Shown here: in pieces, positions 6,908 to 15,619 of the stretch
How positions within the stretch are numbered: the stretch's first letter is position 1
How the letters are laid out: each line of letters starts with the position of its first letter
NCBI RefSeq assembly: GCF_002929305.1
Contig: NZ_PJIO01000012.1
Span: forward strand, 8,628-32,627
Direction: 5' to 3'
Source: Arthrobacter sp. GMC3
Lineage (GTDB): Bacteria > Actinomycetota > Actinomycetes > Actinomycetales > Micrococcaceae
DNA: 24,000 nt
Position numbers and translations under genes: made by a program
The notes under the pieces: model-generated
Databases searched by the model: none
What the model saw: only the letters and a program-made list of their open reading frames with translations
What the model was told of the DNA's origin: nothing

Positions 6908-7510
6908 CTAGAGGTCGAGGCGGCGGTCCCGCCAGTAAAACTCCCGGTCATGGTCACTGATTTCTCGTACGACACGACAAGGAACCCCAACGGCGACAAC
7001 GCCTGAGGGAACGTCACGGGTAACGACACTTCCGGCGCCGATGACGGTGTTGTCACCGATAGTGACCCCGGGCATGATTTGGGCGCCACTTCCGATCCAA
7101 ACGTTGGATCCGATGTGCACAGCAAGGTTGAATTGCAGTCCTCGGACCCGTAGCTCGGGGAGTATCGGGTGACCGGCCGTCGTAACGACGACGTTGGGCC
7201 CGAACATAGTGTTGTTTCCGATGTAGATGTCCCCGTCGTCGACGAGGGTGAGGTTGAAGTTGGCATAGACGTTGTTTCCGACATGGACGTGCCGGCCTCC
7301 CCAGTTCGCTCGCAGCGGGGGTTCGAAGTAGCAGCCATCGCCCAGCGTTCCAAACATTTGGCGCAACAACCTTGACCGCTCGTCCAGCTGGGACGGGCGG
7401 GTGGCGTTAAAGTCATGCAGCAGCTCGAGGGCTTCGGCCTGTTCAGCCATGATCAGGCCTTCGCTGGGATCGTAGACTTGGCCGTTTAGCATTCGTTCGT
7501 AATTGTTCAT
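6908..7510 (-). CDS. maa: Maltose/galactoside O-acetyltransferase (hexapeptide-repeat, Maa/LacA family)
   Basis: The protein starts MNNYERMLNGQVYDPSEGLIMAEQAEALELLHDFNATRP (Mac N-terminal domain). This is followed by left-handed beta-helix hexapeptide repeats (IGNNTMFGPNVVV..., IGSNVWIGSGAQIMPGVTIGDNTVIGAGSVV). The start is placed at the ATG at 7510 with GGAGA 7 nt upstream. The track ORF start at 7630 adds 40 implausible residues. Confidence 0.85.
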   Translation of the reverse strand: MNNYERMLNGQVYDPSEGLIMAEQAEALELLHDFNATRPSQLDERSRLLRQMFGTLGDGCYFEPPLRANWGGRHVHVGNNVYANFNLTLVDDGDIYIGNNTMFGPNVVVTTAGHPILPELRVRGLQFNLAVHIGSNVWIGSGAQIMPGVTIGDNTVIGAGSVVTRDVPSGVVAVGVPCRVVREISDHDREFYWRDRRLDL

Positions 7511-8143
7511 TCCAAATCTCCTCGTGAAATTTCGATGGTTTGGGCCTCTAAATGCATACTGATATCGCCGCTGCGCATGGAAGCCAGGGCGCCAGTGATC
7601 AGTCGGGCGAATGACCGTAGTGCGGGGCAAGCAAGCAAGCCACGAGATGGACGTTTTCGGCTATGAAACCCACATAAATGGGGCATCAGATAATAACCCG
7701 ATTCTCATCCACCTCGACACGACGGTGAAGCCTATGACATTGCGGAGACAGCGCTTCTCTTGCCACTAGCGGCATATCGGCCGAGGCGGTGAACAGTCCA
7801 CGGGCCGTCAACTCGACTCAGCGCGCCATGCGTGTGAAGACGTGCCTCGAGTGGGAATGCCCGAGAAAGTCTCGTCGACGCCAGTTTCCCCAGTCGTCAA
7901 TCGACGCATCGAAGTCGTCAGAATTCGCGGGAACATCCTTGGGGTTGAGTTCCATTTCCAAGTCCTAGCCGGAAGCGTGGTGGTGTTAACGCCGTGGCCG
8001 CCAAAGTTGGGCTTCTAGTTAGTGCCAAAATCATTTCCCTAGCTTTGCTGCGGCTGCTGGGGTTGCGCAACTCGCTGGTCCTATCAAAAAGCAGTTCGCG
8101 CCTCTTTCCATCCGACCGCAGCTGGCCTCTACCTCGCCCTTTG

Positions 8144-8215
8144 CACCGCACAGAGTCAACAAGAACCAACCGCCACCTCGTCAGGGGTGCGGGTGCTTGT
8201 TGACTCTGTGCGGTG
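8144..8215. repeat. Perfect 20-bp inverted repeat CACCGCACAGAGTCAACAAG (8144-8163) / CTTGTTGACTCTGTGCGGTG (8196-8215) with a 32-nt spacer
   Basis: Read directly from the sequence. It lies 10 nt downstream (minus strand) of the GH36-like gene stop at 8225. Confidence 0.7.
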
Positions 8216-8224
8216 AAGGAGAAA

Positions 8225-9931
8225 CTAAGGTGTGTGGATCGTAACCCAGCTGAGGCTGGCGACAGGGACACTGTGTATGCCTTTTGGCAGCGGACCGGTC
8301 TCCGACACGATACTGCCGGACGGATCGTAGACTTGCACCGCTGTCGCCGGAGATGTGAGCTCTATGATGATGTCGTCAACGGGTGATCCGTTGACAACGG
8401 TTGTCTGCACCATTCTCTCGTTGAAGCGAACGACTTCGGGGCGATGTAGAACGATCACGGATCGTTGGTCGCCTTCAAACCGTGCAAGGGGGTAGCGCTC
8501 AGCTGGTTGGGCGTCGACGAAACGCCCATCGAGCAGGACGTCGCGATGGTCACGCCACAGACCGATCATCCCGGCAATTCGCTTGTGATGGGCGTCGCTC
8601 AGTGCAGTGAGGCGCATCGAGAGTTGCGGAACGCTGCCGAGAGTGTTGAGGAGCTGCCAGGCGGCCGCGTCAGGGCTGTCGTCTTCGCCCCACATGACCA
8701 TGTCTGAGTGGACGACGCCCGAGGTCATCGCGAGACGAGCGTCGAGAATGGAGACTCGATTGGTCACTGCATCCCCCGGACAATCCACAGCTCGGATAAT
8801 ACTGGCGAACGGGGCAAGCGCAGGGCTGACGTAGGGTTGCCGGAACTCGATCGTCCCTGGCAGTCCTTCGTCGACGATACGCCGATTCAGCTCGGACATC
8901 CATGCCTCCACCGCCTCGCCGACATCGTGGATGTCCCCCTGAGTGGGCGTGCCGTCATAGATCATGGCGTCGTCGAGGAAGTCGAGCTTGAGCCCATCGA
9001 CACCGTAATCACGGAGAATGTTGAGGCAGAGGTCGGTGAGATATCGCCGGGACTCGGGAAGCCTTGGGTCAATCACAGACGTCGACCCTGGTCGCACCGT
9101 TGGGGCCAAATGTGAGAAGCGCTGATAGGTCTCCGACTCAGGTCCAAGGAGCAGCGGTGCAACCCAGACAACCGTCTTGAGACCAAGGCCTCGCAGCTCA
9201 GCTACAAGCACCGAAAGGTCAGGAATCTTCTCCGGGTCCGGCGTCCAGTCACCGCAACCGTCATATCCGCGGCCCGAGGCATGCATCTGCCATCCATCAT
9301 CGAGAAAGATGGAGCCAAAACCTAGAGTTGCTGCGAGGCGCGCTTCGGGGATTATTGAGCGGGCGTCAAGATCCTGATTGAAGGCGTACCAAGTCGAATA
9401 GACCGGCTCTCGCGCGAAAGAGGATACCTGGGCGGGTGGCTCCGTCACCGAAGCGGCAAGGCAGGTCGCTAGATCTTGCGCACAATCCTCGAGAGAAGCT
9501 CCCGGTCGACGGAGAAACAATTGGTGCGGCGCTCCTGAGGGTGACGGGGCGAAACGCAGGGTGACGACGAAAACCTTCTCTTCTTCGCTGACACCTGCTT
9601 CGATTCGCGTGGTTCGGACGATGTTATCTAGAGCCCATCCCCCTGCCACACGACCATTTCGGTCGTAGACAATGCCGAGCGGGACGGAGTGGATCAGGCT
9701 TGTTTGGTATCGATGGACTCCGCCCGGCAGGAGAGTGCGCATCTCCCGTGAGTCTGGAGTCCAATAGCCGATTGCTTCGTGCAAGGGGAATCGCAGTCTC
9801 ACAGCAACCTCAGCCGTGTCCGCGTCAGCGTGAATGCGAAGGAGCGGGGAATTTTCATCACGCTCAAATTCGACCCGCGTTCCGCCGAGAGGCTCCACCA
9901 AGAAGCCTGATCCAACATCCAATGTATTCAT
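8225..9931 (-). CDS. Glycoside hydrolase, clan GH-D / GH36-like alpha-galactosidase family
   Basis: 568-aa ORF. It has TIM-barrel motifs typical of melibiase-type enzymes: IFLDDGWQ and DYGVDGLKLDFLDD (the K-x-D nucleophile region). A beta-sandwich-like N-terminus and C-terminus are also present. Substrate specificity cannot be read from the sequence. Confidence 0.6.
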   Translation of the reverse strand: MNTLDVGSGFLVEPLGGTRVEFERDENSPLLRIHADADTAEVAVRLRFPLHEAIGYWTPDSREMRTLLPGGVHRYQTSLIHSVPLGIVYDRNGRVAGGWALDNIVRTTRIEAGVSEEEKVFVVTLRFAPSPSGAPHQLFLRRPGASLEDCAQDLATCLAASVTEPPAQVSSFAREPVYSTWYAFNQDLDARSIIPEARLAATLGFGSIFLDDGWQMHASGRGYDGCGDWTPDPEKIPDLSVLVAELRGLGLKTVVWVAPLLLGPESETYQRFSHLAPTVRPGSTSVIDPRLPESRRYLTDLCLNILRDYGVDGLKLDFLDDAMIYDGTPTQGDIHDVGEAVEAWMSELNRRIVDEGLPGTIEFRQPYVSPALAPFASIIRAVDCPGDAVTNRVSILDARLAMTSGVVHSDMVMWGEDDSPDAAAWQLLNTLGSVPQLSMRLTALSDAHHKRIAGMIGLWRDHRDVLLDGRFVDAQPAERYPLARFEGDQRSVIVLHRPEVVRFNERMVQTTVVNGSPVDDIIIELTSPATAVQVYDPSGSIVSETGPLPKGIHSVPVASLSWVTIHTP

Positions 9932-10702
9932 TACTTAATCAATCCTTATTCTGGGGTCAAGATGGTACACAAGGGCCAGAAGGCAGCGCCTTCCCTGACG
10001 AAACGTCCGCAGTGCATCTTCCACGAGCGATCGGGCATAGCGGCTATCAAAGAAAATTTTAACGATCCAATCAACCGCGTATCACGATAGTCACGACAAT
10101 CAGGAGGTGTCAACCATGTTTGCGAAAACACCCATGAAGATGCACCTCGAGTGCAGCGGCCGGCTCCGGTTTCCAAGGTGTGGGCCTGGTGAAATGTAAG
10201 CCCTCACGCGGAGACCGCCGACACCGGGCCTGGATGAACCCGCTAGAAGGTTGGTGCCGAAGCTCTTCAAGCGGCCGGATACGGTCGAAGTGGCCACCGC
10301 CGCCTCAGCCCCCCCGAGGACCTGCCTATCGCAGTGAGCCTCGGTGATTCGGTTGCGACGGTATTAGCTCCACCACAAGAATGGAACCGCCGCATCCTGT
10401 AAGTGGGAGCTTCTTGCTGCGAGGGTTCCGGCGCAGCGCATCCAATGAGGCGTAGTTCCTTGAAGGCCTCCCACCTAAGACTGCCCCCACTTCCCTGGGG
10501 CATGGGAGACGTGGACCGGCATGCACCCATGGTCCCGTGTCCGAGCATGGCACTGCGCGGCTGGCCAACAAAATTTGGAACGATTTAGTCATATGTCTTA
10601 TCCTGGAATTTGAACGTTAAAACAGATGATGCCAATGTTCTTTCGGATGCAACAGCAGCCGCCAGCCTTGCAACATATGAACTACTTGTTTGGGAGACCC
10701 AC

Positions 10703-11497
10703 ATGTCCAAGAAGCACTCACCCAAGACAACCGTCATCGGCATCGACATTGGCGGCACCGGCATCAAGGGCGGCATCGTCGATTTGGAAACCGGCCAGGT
10801 CGTGGGCGAACGCTTCCGGATCCCGACACCCACCCCCTCCACGCCGCAAAACGTGGCCAAGGTTGTCAAGGAAATCGTGGACGAGCTCTCCGGCCGCGAC
10901 CAAGCCCCGTCAAAGGACGCCCCCGTGGGCATCACCTTCCCGGCCATCATCGCCCACGGCGTCTCCCTCTCCGCGGCCAACGTGGACCAGTCCTGGATCA
11001 ACGCCGACGTCGATCACATCTTCTCCAAGGAACTGGGCCGCGACGTCCAGGTCATGAACGACGCCGACGCCGCCGGCCTCGCCGAGGCCCGCTACGGCGC
11101 CGGCAAGGACATCAAGGGCACCGTCCTGGTCATCACCCTGGGCACCGGCATCGGCTCAGCGTTCATCTTCAACGGCAAGCTCATCCCCAACGTGGAACTG
11201 GGCCACCTGGAACTCGACGGCCACGACGCCGAAACCAAGGCCTCCGCCAGCGCCCGCGAACGTGACGACATCAGCTGGGACGAATACGCCGTGCGCCTGC
11301 AGCGCTACTTCTCCCACGTGGAATTCCTGTTCTCCCCCGAACTGTTCATCATCGGCGGCGGCATCTCCAAGCGCAGCGAAGACTACCTGCCCCAGCTGGA
11401 CCTGCGCACCAAGATCATCCCGGCAGAACTGGCCAACAACGCCGGCATCGTCGGCGGCGCCCTCCAGGCAGCCGTCCACTTCAAGATCACCAAGTAG
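10703..11497 (+). CDS. ppgK: Polyphosphate glucokinase (ROK family)
   Basis: Motifs seen: MSKKHSPKTTVIGIDIGGTGIKGGIVDL (phosphate-1 loop), VMNDADAAGLAEARYGAG, LGTGIGSA and GHLELDGHDAETKASASARERDDISWDEYA...FIIGGGISK. The start is placed at the ATG at 10703 with GGGAGA 5 nt upstream. The track start at 10610 is an in-frame upstream extension. Confidence 0.9.
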   Translation: MSKKHSPKTTVIGIDIGGTGIKGGIVDLETGQVVGERFRIPTPTPSTPQNVAKVVKEIVDELSGRDQAPSKDAPVGITFPAIIAHGVSLSAANVDQSWINADVDHIFSKELGRDVQVMNDADAAGLAEARYGAGKDIKGTVLVITLGTGIGSAFIFNGKLIPNVELGHLELDGHDAETKASASARERDDISWDEYAVRLQRYFSHVEFLFSPELFIIGGGISKRSEDYLPQLDLRTKIIPAELANNAGIVGGALQAAVHFKITK

Positions 11498-11638
11498 GGG
11501 TAGCAGCCTCCAAGCAGTGGGAAACCGATACTGGCCTAAGTAAGTTCGATCTGAATCTAGTTCCCACTACGTTCCCATACACCCCAGCGTTGAGCGAACA
11601 TCCACGAACCTTGTCCTTGAGAAAGCTTCCCCATATCT

Positions 11639-11667
11639 CCTCCCCTCGACATTACTGGCAGGGGAGG
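11639..11667 (+). terminator. Hairpin CCTCCCCT / AGGGGAGG (13-nt loop) followed by TTGGTGTTGATT; possible ppgK terminator
   Basis: Read directly from the sequence, about 140 nt after the ppgK stop, within a 410-bp AT-richer convergent gap. Confidence 0.3.
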
Positions 11668-11907
11668 TTGGTGTTGATTAAGGACTACAAAAGAAACGAT
11701 GGCAGGGTCGCCGTCGCCCGCCATGGCATCAAACTCACTGACGAATTGTCGTCAATATGAGTGAAGGCTACAGGCCGTCATCGGCTCCATCTCTGGTATT
11801 AGAACCATCCTGTTCGCATTGGACTGGTCTTCGGTGCCAGAAGCTAATTCTTGTGACGATAGGTGCGTCGACGGCCATGCGGCGGAGCCCCGCGGCCAGT
11901 CCGGTAC

Positions 11908-12951
11908 TTACCGTTGCGTGCTTGATCCGATGGACAGCTCAGGTTCGAGCAAAACGTGCTGGGGACTATCAGATGGTTCGAGAATCGACCTGACGAGTTC
12001 TCGTGCGATCTCCCGTGAGGGTTGTTTCACAGACGTGATTCGCACTGAACCGAATGAAGTCAGCGGAGTGTCATCGAACCCGGTAATGCCGATTTGAGCC
12101 CCGGGCTGCATGCCTAGATCACGAACAGCCAGAAGTGCACCTGCCGCGAGTAGATCGGACAGACAGACTATGGCCGTTGGTGGATGAGGACTTCTCAATA
12201 GTGTCAGAGTGGCGTTGAGCCCGTCTTCAAGGTCGTTCGGGGCAGAAACAACCCGAGACGGCTGTATCGAGTGTTCCAAACCACGTCGCCGGCAGGCGGC
12301 CAGGTATCCACGCAGGCGAGCATCGCCCTCTACGGTGTCTGGAAGGTGGCCAACAAACGCAAGTTCCGTATGGCCAATTTCAATGAGATGCTCTACGGCG
12401 AGCTCGACACCCTGCGCACTGTCCGCGTCAACCCAATTCCACGGAACCTCATTGCCGGCAGCTGTCTGACCGTAGGCGGCAAAAGGGATTCCGTATTCTG
12501 TCAGCAGAACCGGGCGTTGGTCCTGCGGTTTAATATTTGCGATCACAAACCCTGCAGCGGACTGTCCGTAGAACAGGTCTTGACACGCTTTCAATTGCGC
12601 CTCATGGGTCGGTTCGGCTATGAGCGTGAGGTTTCGCCCCTCGGCTTGGCACGCGCTGGCAAGCTCGTGGAGGAACTTGTCCATATATAGGTTGCCAGCA
12701 GTATCCTCCGACGGAAGGATATAGCCGATCTGGCGCGGCTGTGCCAGCCGAAGGCTCCGCGCAACAAGATTGTTGCGGTAGCTGAGCGCCCTCATGGATG
12801 CCAGCACCTTGTCGCGAGTCTGATCTGCAACTATGTCGGGTCTGTTGATGACATTGGAAACTGTCATCACTGACACGCCAGCGCGCTCCGCGACGTCTGA
12901 CATACTCGCGCGGCGTATCGATTTATCTTTGGCTTGGGATCCTGCGTTCAC
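11908..12951 (-). CDS. LacI-family transcriptional regulator
   Basis: N-terminal HTH ASMSDVAERAGVSVMTVSNVINRP followed by a periplasmic-binding-protein-like sugar-binding core (...LTGFDD-type segment ITGFDDTPL). GTG start at 12951 with GAGGGGA upstream. Confidence 0.9.
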   Translation of the reverse strand: MNAGSQAKDKSIRRASMSDVAERAGVSVMTVSNVINRPDIVADQTRDKVLASMRALSYRNNLVARSLRLAQPRQIGYILPSEDTAGNLYMDKFLHELASACQAEGRNLTLIAEPTHEAQLKACQDLFYGQSAAGFVIANIKPQDQRPVLLTEYGIPFAAYGQTAAGNEVPWNWVDADSAQGVELAVEHLIEIGHTELAFVGHLPDTVEGDARLRGYLAACRRRGLEHSIQPSRVVSAPNDLEDGLNATLTLLRSPHPPTAIVCLSDLLAAGALLAVRDLGMQPGAQIGITGFDDTPLTSFGSVRITSVKQPSREIARELVRSILEPSDSPQHVLLEPELSIGSSTQR

Positions 12952-13218
12952 GATTTCCCCTCGTGTGTTGGCTGTGCATCACGGTCGATCATCTGGCTCA
13001 GTCGGCCCTCGCCCTCTGATATAGAGAATACTAGGGCGGATTGAGCGGGTCGGCTCTGCGGTGTAGATCAGCCGATGCAGTGGGGCGAGGATCCCGGTAC
13101 GCTGTCGTGAATCTGAGGCCGAGACTCACAGCCTCGATCAGCGTCAGGCTAATTAGACTATCAGCGGCAGTGGCCCAGCCACCTGAAGATAATCTTGGTT
13201 TTCAAGGCGCGTCACCTT

Positions 13219-13270
13219 CCGAGCTCGCTGTGCCAGTGATGACGGTTAGGCACTGGTACAGCGAGCTCGG
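13219..13270. repeat. 20-bp inverted repeat with one mismatch (CCGAGCTCGCTGTGCCAGTG / CACTGGTACAGCGAGCTCGG), 12-nt loop
   Basis: Read directly from the sequence. It sits in the 480-bp gap between the GH63-like gene and the LacI gene, which are both on the minus strand. Confidence 0.65.
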
Positions 13271-13433
13271 GGCGTCTCTTGCCACAGACTACGACTTAAG
13301 ATGTTGGTGGTGGATTTGGCGGCCAGGATGTGAACCAAGGCATCGTCCGTCATGCACATTGCAGGGGCGATAGTTTTACGCGGGGCCGTCGAGACCGCCC
13401 GTTGTTTGATGGCTACACGCGGGCCAAAGGCGG

Positions 13434-15140
13434 TCAGCCTTGGAGAGCCAATTCGGCCTCCTCCGCCAGTAGCAAGTAGCAGCTCGCGGTCCATGTGTAT
13501 GAGCGGTCTCGCAGCCCTTCTCCAGTAAGGGCGTCGAAATTCTCAGCGAATCCGAAACGTTCGCACATTTCTCGGAAGCGGACGCTGATCTTGTCGGCCA
13601 GCTCGTTGCGGCCGGCGTCTCGCAGTCCGTGCACGATCAGGTACGTTGACGGTGCCCAGATGGGCCCACGCCAGTAGCCGTCTGATTCATATAGGGCTGA
13701 GTCTGTGCGCTCAGTTGCCAGGCCGAACTCTGTGAGGTGCCCCTCGATCGTTTCCACCAGCCCATCGATCACATCCTCCGGTAGCCGACTGCCAAGCACG
13801 ATCGGCATTGCGAGCAGCAGGCACTGTGACCAGCGTTCGACTCCAGTGCGCGCCTGCAACGCGACGAAATGGGTCTCCCGCCAGAAGGCCTGAAGAAGGT
13901 TAGTAAGCAGCTCCTGCGCCTCGCTAGCCCAGTATGTAGCACTCGCTTCGTCTCCAAGCTCCGCCGCAAGAGATGAGATCGCCTCCATCTGCAGCACCAT
14001 GAAAGCCGACAGATCCGGAGTCTGGAGCGGCGCTTCTCTGCCGAAGAGTGTCGCGTTGTCCCACCCGCTGTCGTTCCCGAAATGGTAGTGAGCAAATTTG
14101 CTCTTCGGTGCCGTCATCGTGGTGCGCCACCAGTTCGTCCACTTCACAAGGGCATCGAGCGCAGCGCGCAGTTCCTCTTCGCTTGGGCGTTCAGTGAGGC
14201 GCGGCAACAGGTTCGTCAGCGCCCAACCGTGAATTGGTGGCTTCGGGTAGTTGTAGATCACCTCGGAATGAGAGACCGCGTCGGGGATCCCACCGGATTC
14301 GGTCTGGTGGTCGAACATGATCACGTACTGATCCCAGGAGGCCTTAGCGTTGCGTGCAATGGCAAGCGCGTTGAAGCAGTGGTCCCAACTCCAGACCCTG
14401 TCCATCCATTGCATCGACATCAGCATGGCCGGTCGGGTGATGAACCCATCCGGCGCAACCGTCGTAGCCCAGTCGACGTACACGGCAGCAACGACTGCCG
14501 GTGTACGTTCGGAACGCCAAGGGGCGACCTGGTTCAGGTAAGTGTTGAACGAGTCCAGCTGGCCTTCTTTCAACTCCTCAAACGTCGATTCATAAGAATG
14601 CGGAACGGCTCCGGCATCCATCTCTTCGATAGCGATCTCCCACTTGTCCTGCCCAGCGGGCGATGCCACCCATGGGAACCCAACAACAGACCGGTCGTAC
14701 ACCTTGTACGCCTCCAGCGGCAGCCCAGAGAGGAGCGTCAGGCGGTAACGTCGGCCGGTCCCATGGACCGATAGGACATAGCTGTCGTCGACCTGATCGA
14801 CATACAACTCACTCACACCCGCTTCAAGCCTGAGGCCCGCTCCGCGCCCTTGGATACGGATCGTCTCGTTGTCCTGAAATACGATCTCGATGACATCCGA
14901 CTCGTGCGTCCAGGTAAGGACGTTCGGGCGCCCCAGCCAGGTCCCCGCGCCTTCCGCCAGAGGCTGGAGCCCTACAACAGAGGTCATCGTGGTCTTATGC
15001 GACACAACATGAACTGTTTCGCGGATATCGTTCAGGCCAACGACCGGAGACACGTCGAGCCACGAGCCATTGGTGCTAAATGGAATGTCCCGGATGGGGA
15101 ACGCGTATTCCTCGGTTGGGACAGCTGGTTCGATAGACAT
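13434..15140 (-). CDS. (alpha/alpha)6-barrel glycoside hydrolase, GH63-like (MGH1/glucosylglycerate-hydrolase/YgjK type)
   Basis: Motifs HYHFGNDSGWDNATLF and YESDGYWRGPIWAPSTYLIVHGL...AENFDALTGEG resemble the GH63 signatures (ESG.DNSP ; YWRGP.W ; ..YDP.TGE). The start is placed at the ATG at 15140 (MSIEPAVPTEE...) with a perfect AAGGAG 7 nt upstream. The track start at 15359 adds 73 unlikely residues. Confidence 0.65.
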   Translation of the reverse strand: MSIEPAVPTEEYAFPIRDIPFSTNGSWLDVSPVVGLNDIRETVHVVSHKTTMTSVVGLQPLAEGAGTWLGRPNVLTWTHESDVIEIVFQDNETIRIQGRGAGLRLEAGVSELYVDQVDDSYVLSVHGTGRRYRLTLLSGLPLEAYKVYDRSVVGFPWVASPAGQDKWEIAIEEMDAGAVPHSYESTFEELKEGQLDSFNTYLNQVAPWRSERTPAVVAAVYVDWATTVAPDGFITRPAMLMSMQWMDRVWSWDHCFNALAIARNAKASWDQYVIMFDHQTESGGIPDAVSHSEVIYNYPKPPIHGWALTNLLPRLTERPSEEELRAALDALVKWTNWWRTTMTAPKSKFAHYHFGNDSGWDNATLFGREAPLQTPDLSAFMVLQMEAISSLAAELGDEASATYWASEAQELLTNLLQAFWRETHFVALQARTGVERWSQCLLLAMPIVLGSRLPEDVIDGLVETIEGHLTEFGLATERTDSALYESDGYWRGPIWAPSTYLIVHGLRDAGRNELADKISVRFREMCERFGFAENFDALTGEGLRDRSYTWTASCYLLLAEEAELALQG

Positions 15141-15619
15141 TTGGTACTCCTTAGTATCTGAAAGATCGATGATTTTAAGCATACAATACAGGAATTCAGG
15201 GCGGATAGCTCCTAGGCGCGTCGCCTCGCGCAGCGGAGGCTGCTGGTGGTTAAAGGCGTTGCCCCTGAACGTGCCGATGACTATGCGGGCCAGAAGGTCT
15301 CCTGAGGACAATGGTTCCTGCGTTACCCGGAATGCGAATCTGAACATCGGGCTTGACATGCCCTTGAAGGTGGGGCTACGTTTACACCGATCGTTGGAAG
15401 CTTAAAATTTTGTCGAAACAACCATCCAATTCGATCGATCAAATAATACTTAACAGACTATGACCACGGAGGGTGGATGCACGCAGAGCTGCGAACCATC
15501 CCCTCTTCTGGGCACAGAATCCCCATAGATCTGCGCCCGTCGCGAACGTTCCACGGTTCCTGTGATCCCCACCGCATAGGACCGACTGGTCGCTCGCACT
15601 CACACCAAGGAGAGAAATA
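15141..15619. promoter_or_regulatory. Divergent promoter region between the GH63-like gene and the ABC transporter operon
   Basis: A 479-bp gap with an AT-rich core (GAAGCTTAAAATTTTGTCGAAACAACC...GATCAAATAATACTTAACAG). It has three sites built on a CGATCG/TCGATCGA core, around 15165, 15392 and 15436. I could not define a clean LacI-type palindrome. Confidence 0.4.

Noticed and set aside
6691-7416. 241-aa minus-strand ORF overlapping the acetyltransferase gene.
   Set aside because: It is out of frame with the hexapeptide-repeat protein. Its Ser/Thr/Pro-rich nonsense shows no motifs, and it also reads through the IS3 fragment.
7511-7630. N-terminal extensions of track ORFs: 7511-7630 (maa), 15141-15359 (GH63-like), 17792-18109 (second permease), 18999-19151 (GDE-like), 21158-21466 (beta-PGM) and 10610-10702 (ppgK).
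   Set aside because: In each case an internal ATG with a good Shine-Dalgarno sequence coincides with the start of family homology. The upstream residues are low-complexity or overlap the preceding gene.
7818-7955. 45-codon minus-strand ORF (MELNPKDVPANSDDFDASIDDWGNWRRRDFLGHSHSRHVFTRMAR) in the 714-bp gap upstream of maa.
   Set aside because: It is too short, has only a weak ribosome-binding site and has no recognisable family. I cannot support it as a gene from sequence alone.
10351-10380. 12-nt match to 16S rRNA (GGTGGAGCTAAT on the minus strand) in the 9932-10702 gap.
   Set aside because: The flanks do not continue the 16S sequence, so I treat it as a chance match and not an rRNA fragment.
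10626-11543. Plus-strand alternative-frame ORFs over ppgK (10626..11057, 10690..11265, 11262..11543) and antisense ORFs (10585..11001, 10718..10903, 11156..11479).
   Set aside because: Their translations are Arg/Pro/Ser/His-rich low-complexity strings typical of off-frame reading of high-GC coding DNA. The ppgK frame has clear family motifs and a Shine-Dalgarno sequence.
14082-14774. 230-aa plus-strand ORF antisense to the GH63-like gene. Similar antisense ORFs lie at 19625..20116, 20382..20855, 21518..21928, 17405..17833 and 18215..18591.
   Set aside because: These are antisense shadow ORFs of well-supported genes with Arg/Pro-rich translations and no motifs.
15141-15619. Candidate LacI operators around the CGATCG/TCGATCGA cores (about 15165, 15392 and 15436).
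   Set aside because: The flanking bases are not symmetric, so no convincing 14-20 bp palindrome of the LacI type could be defined. They are left as a note in the regulatory feature only.
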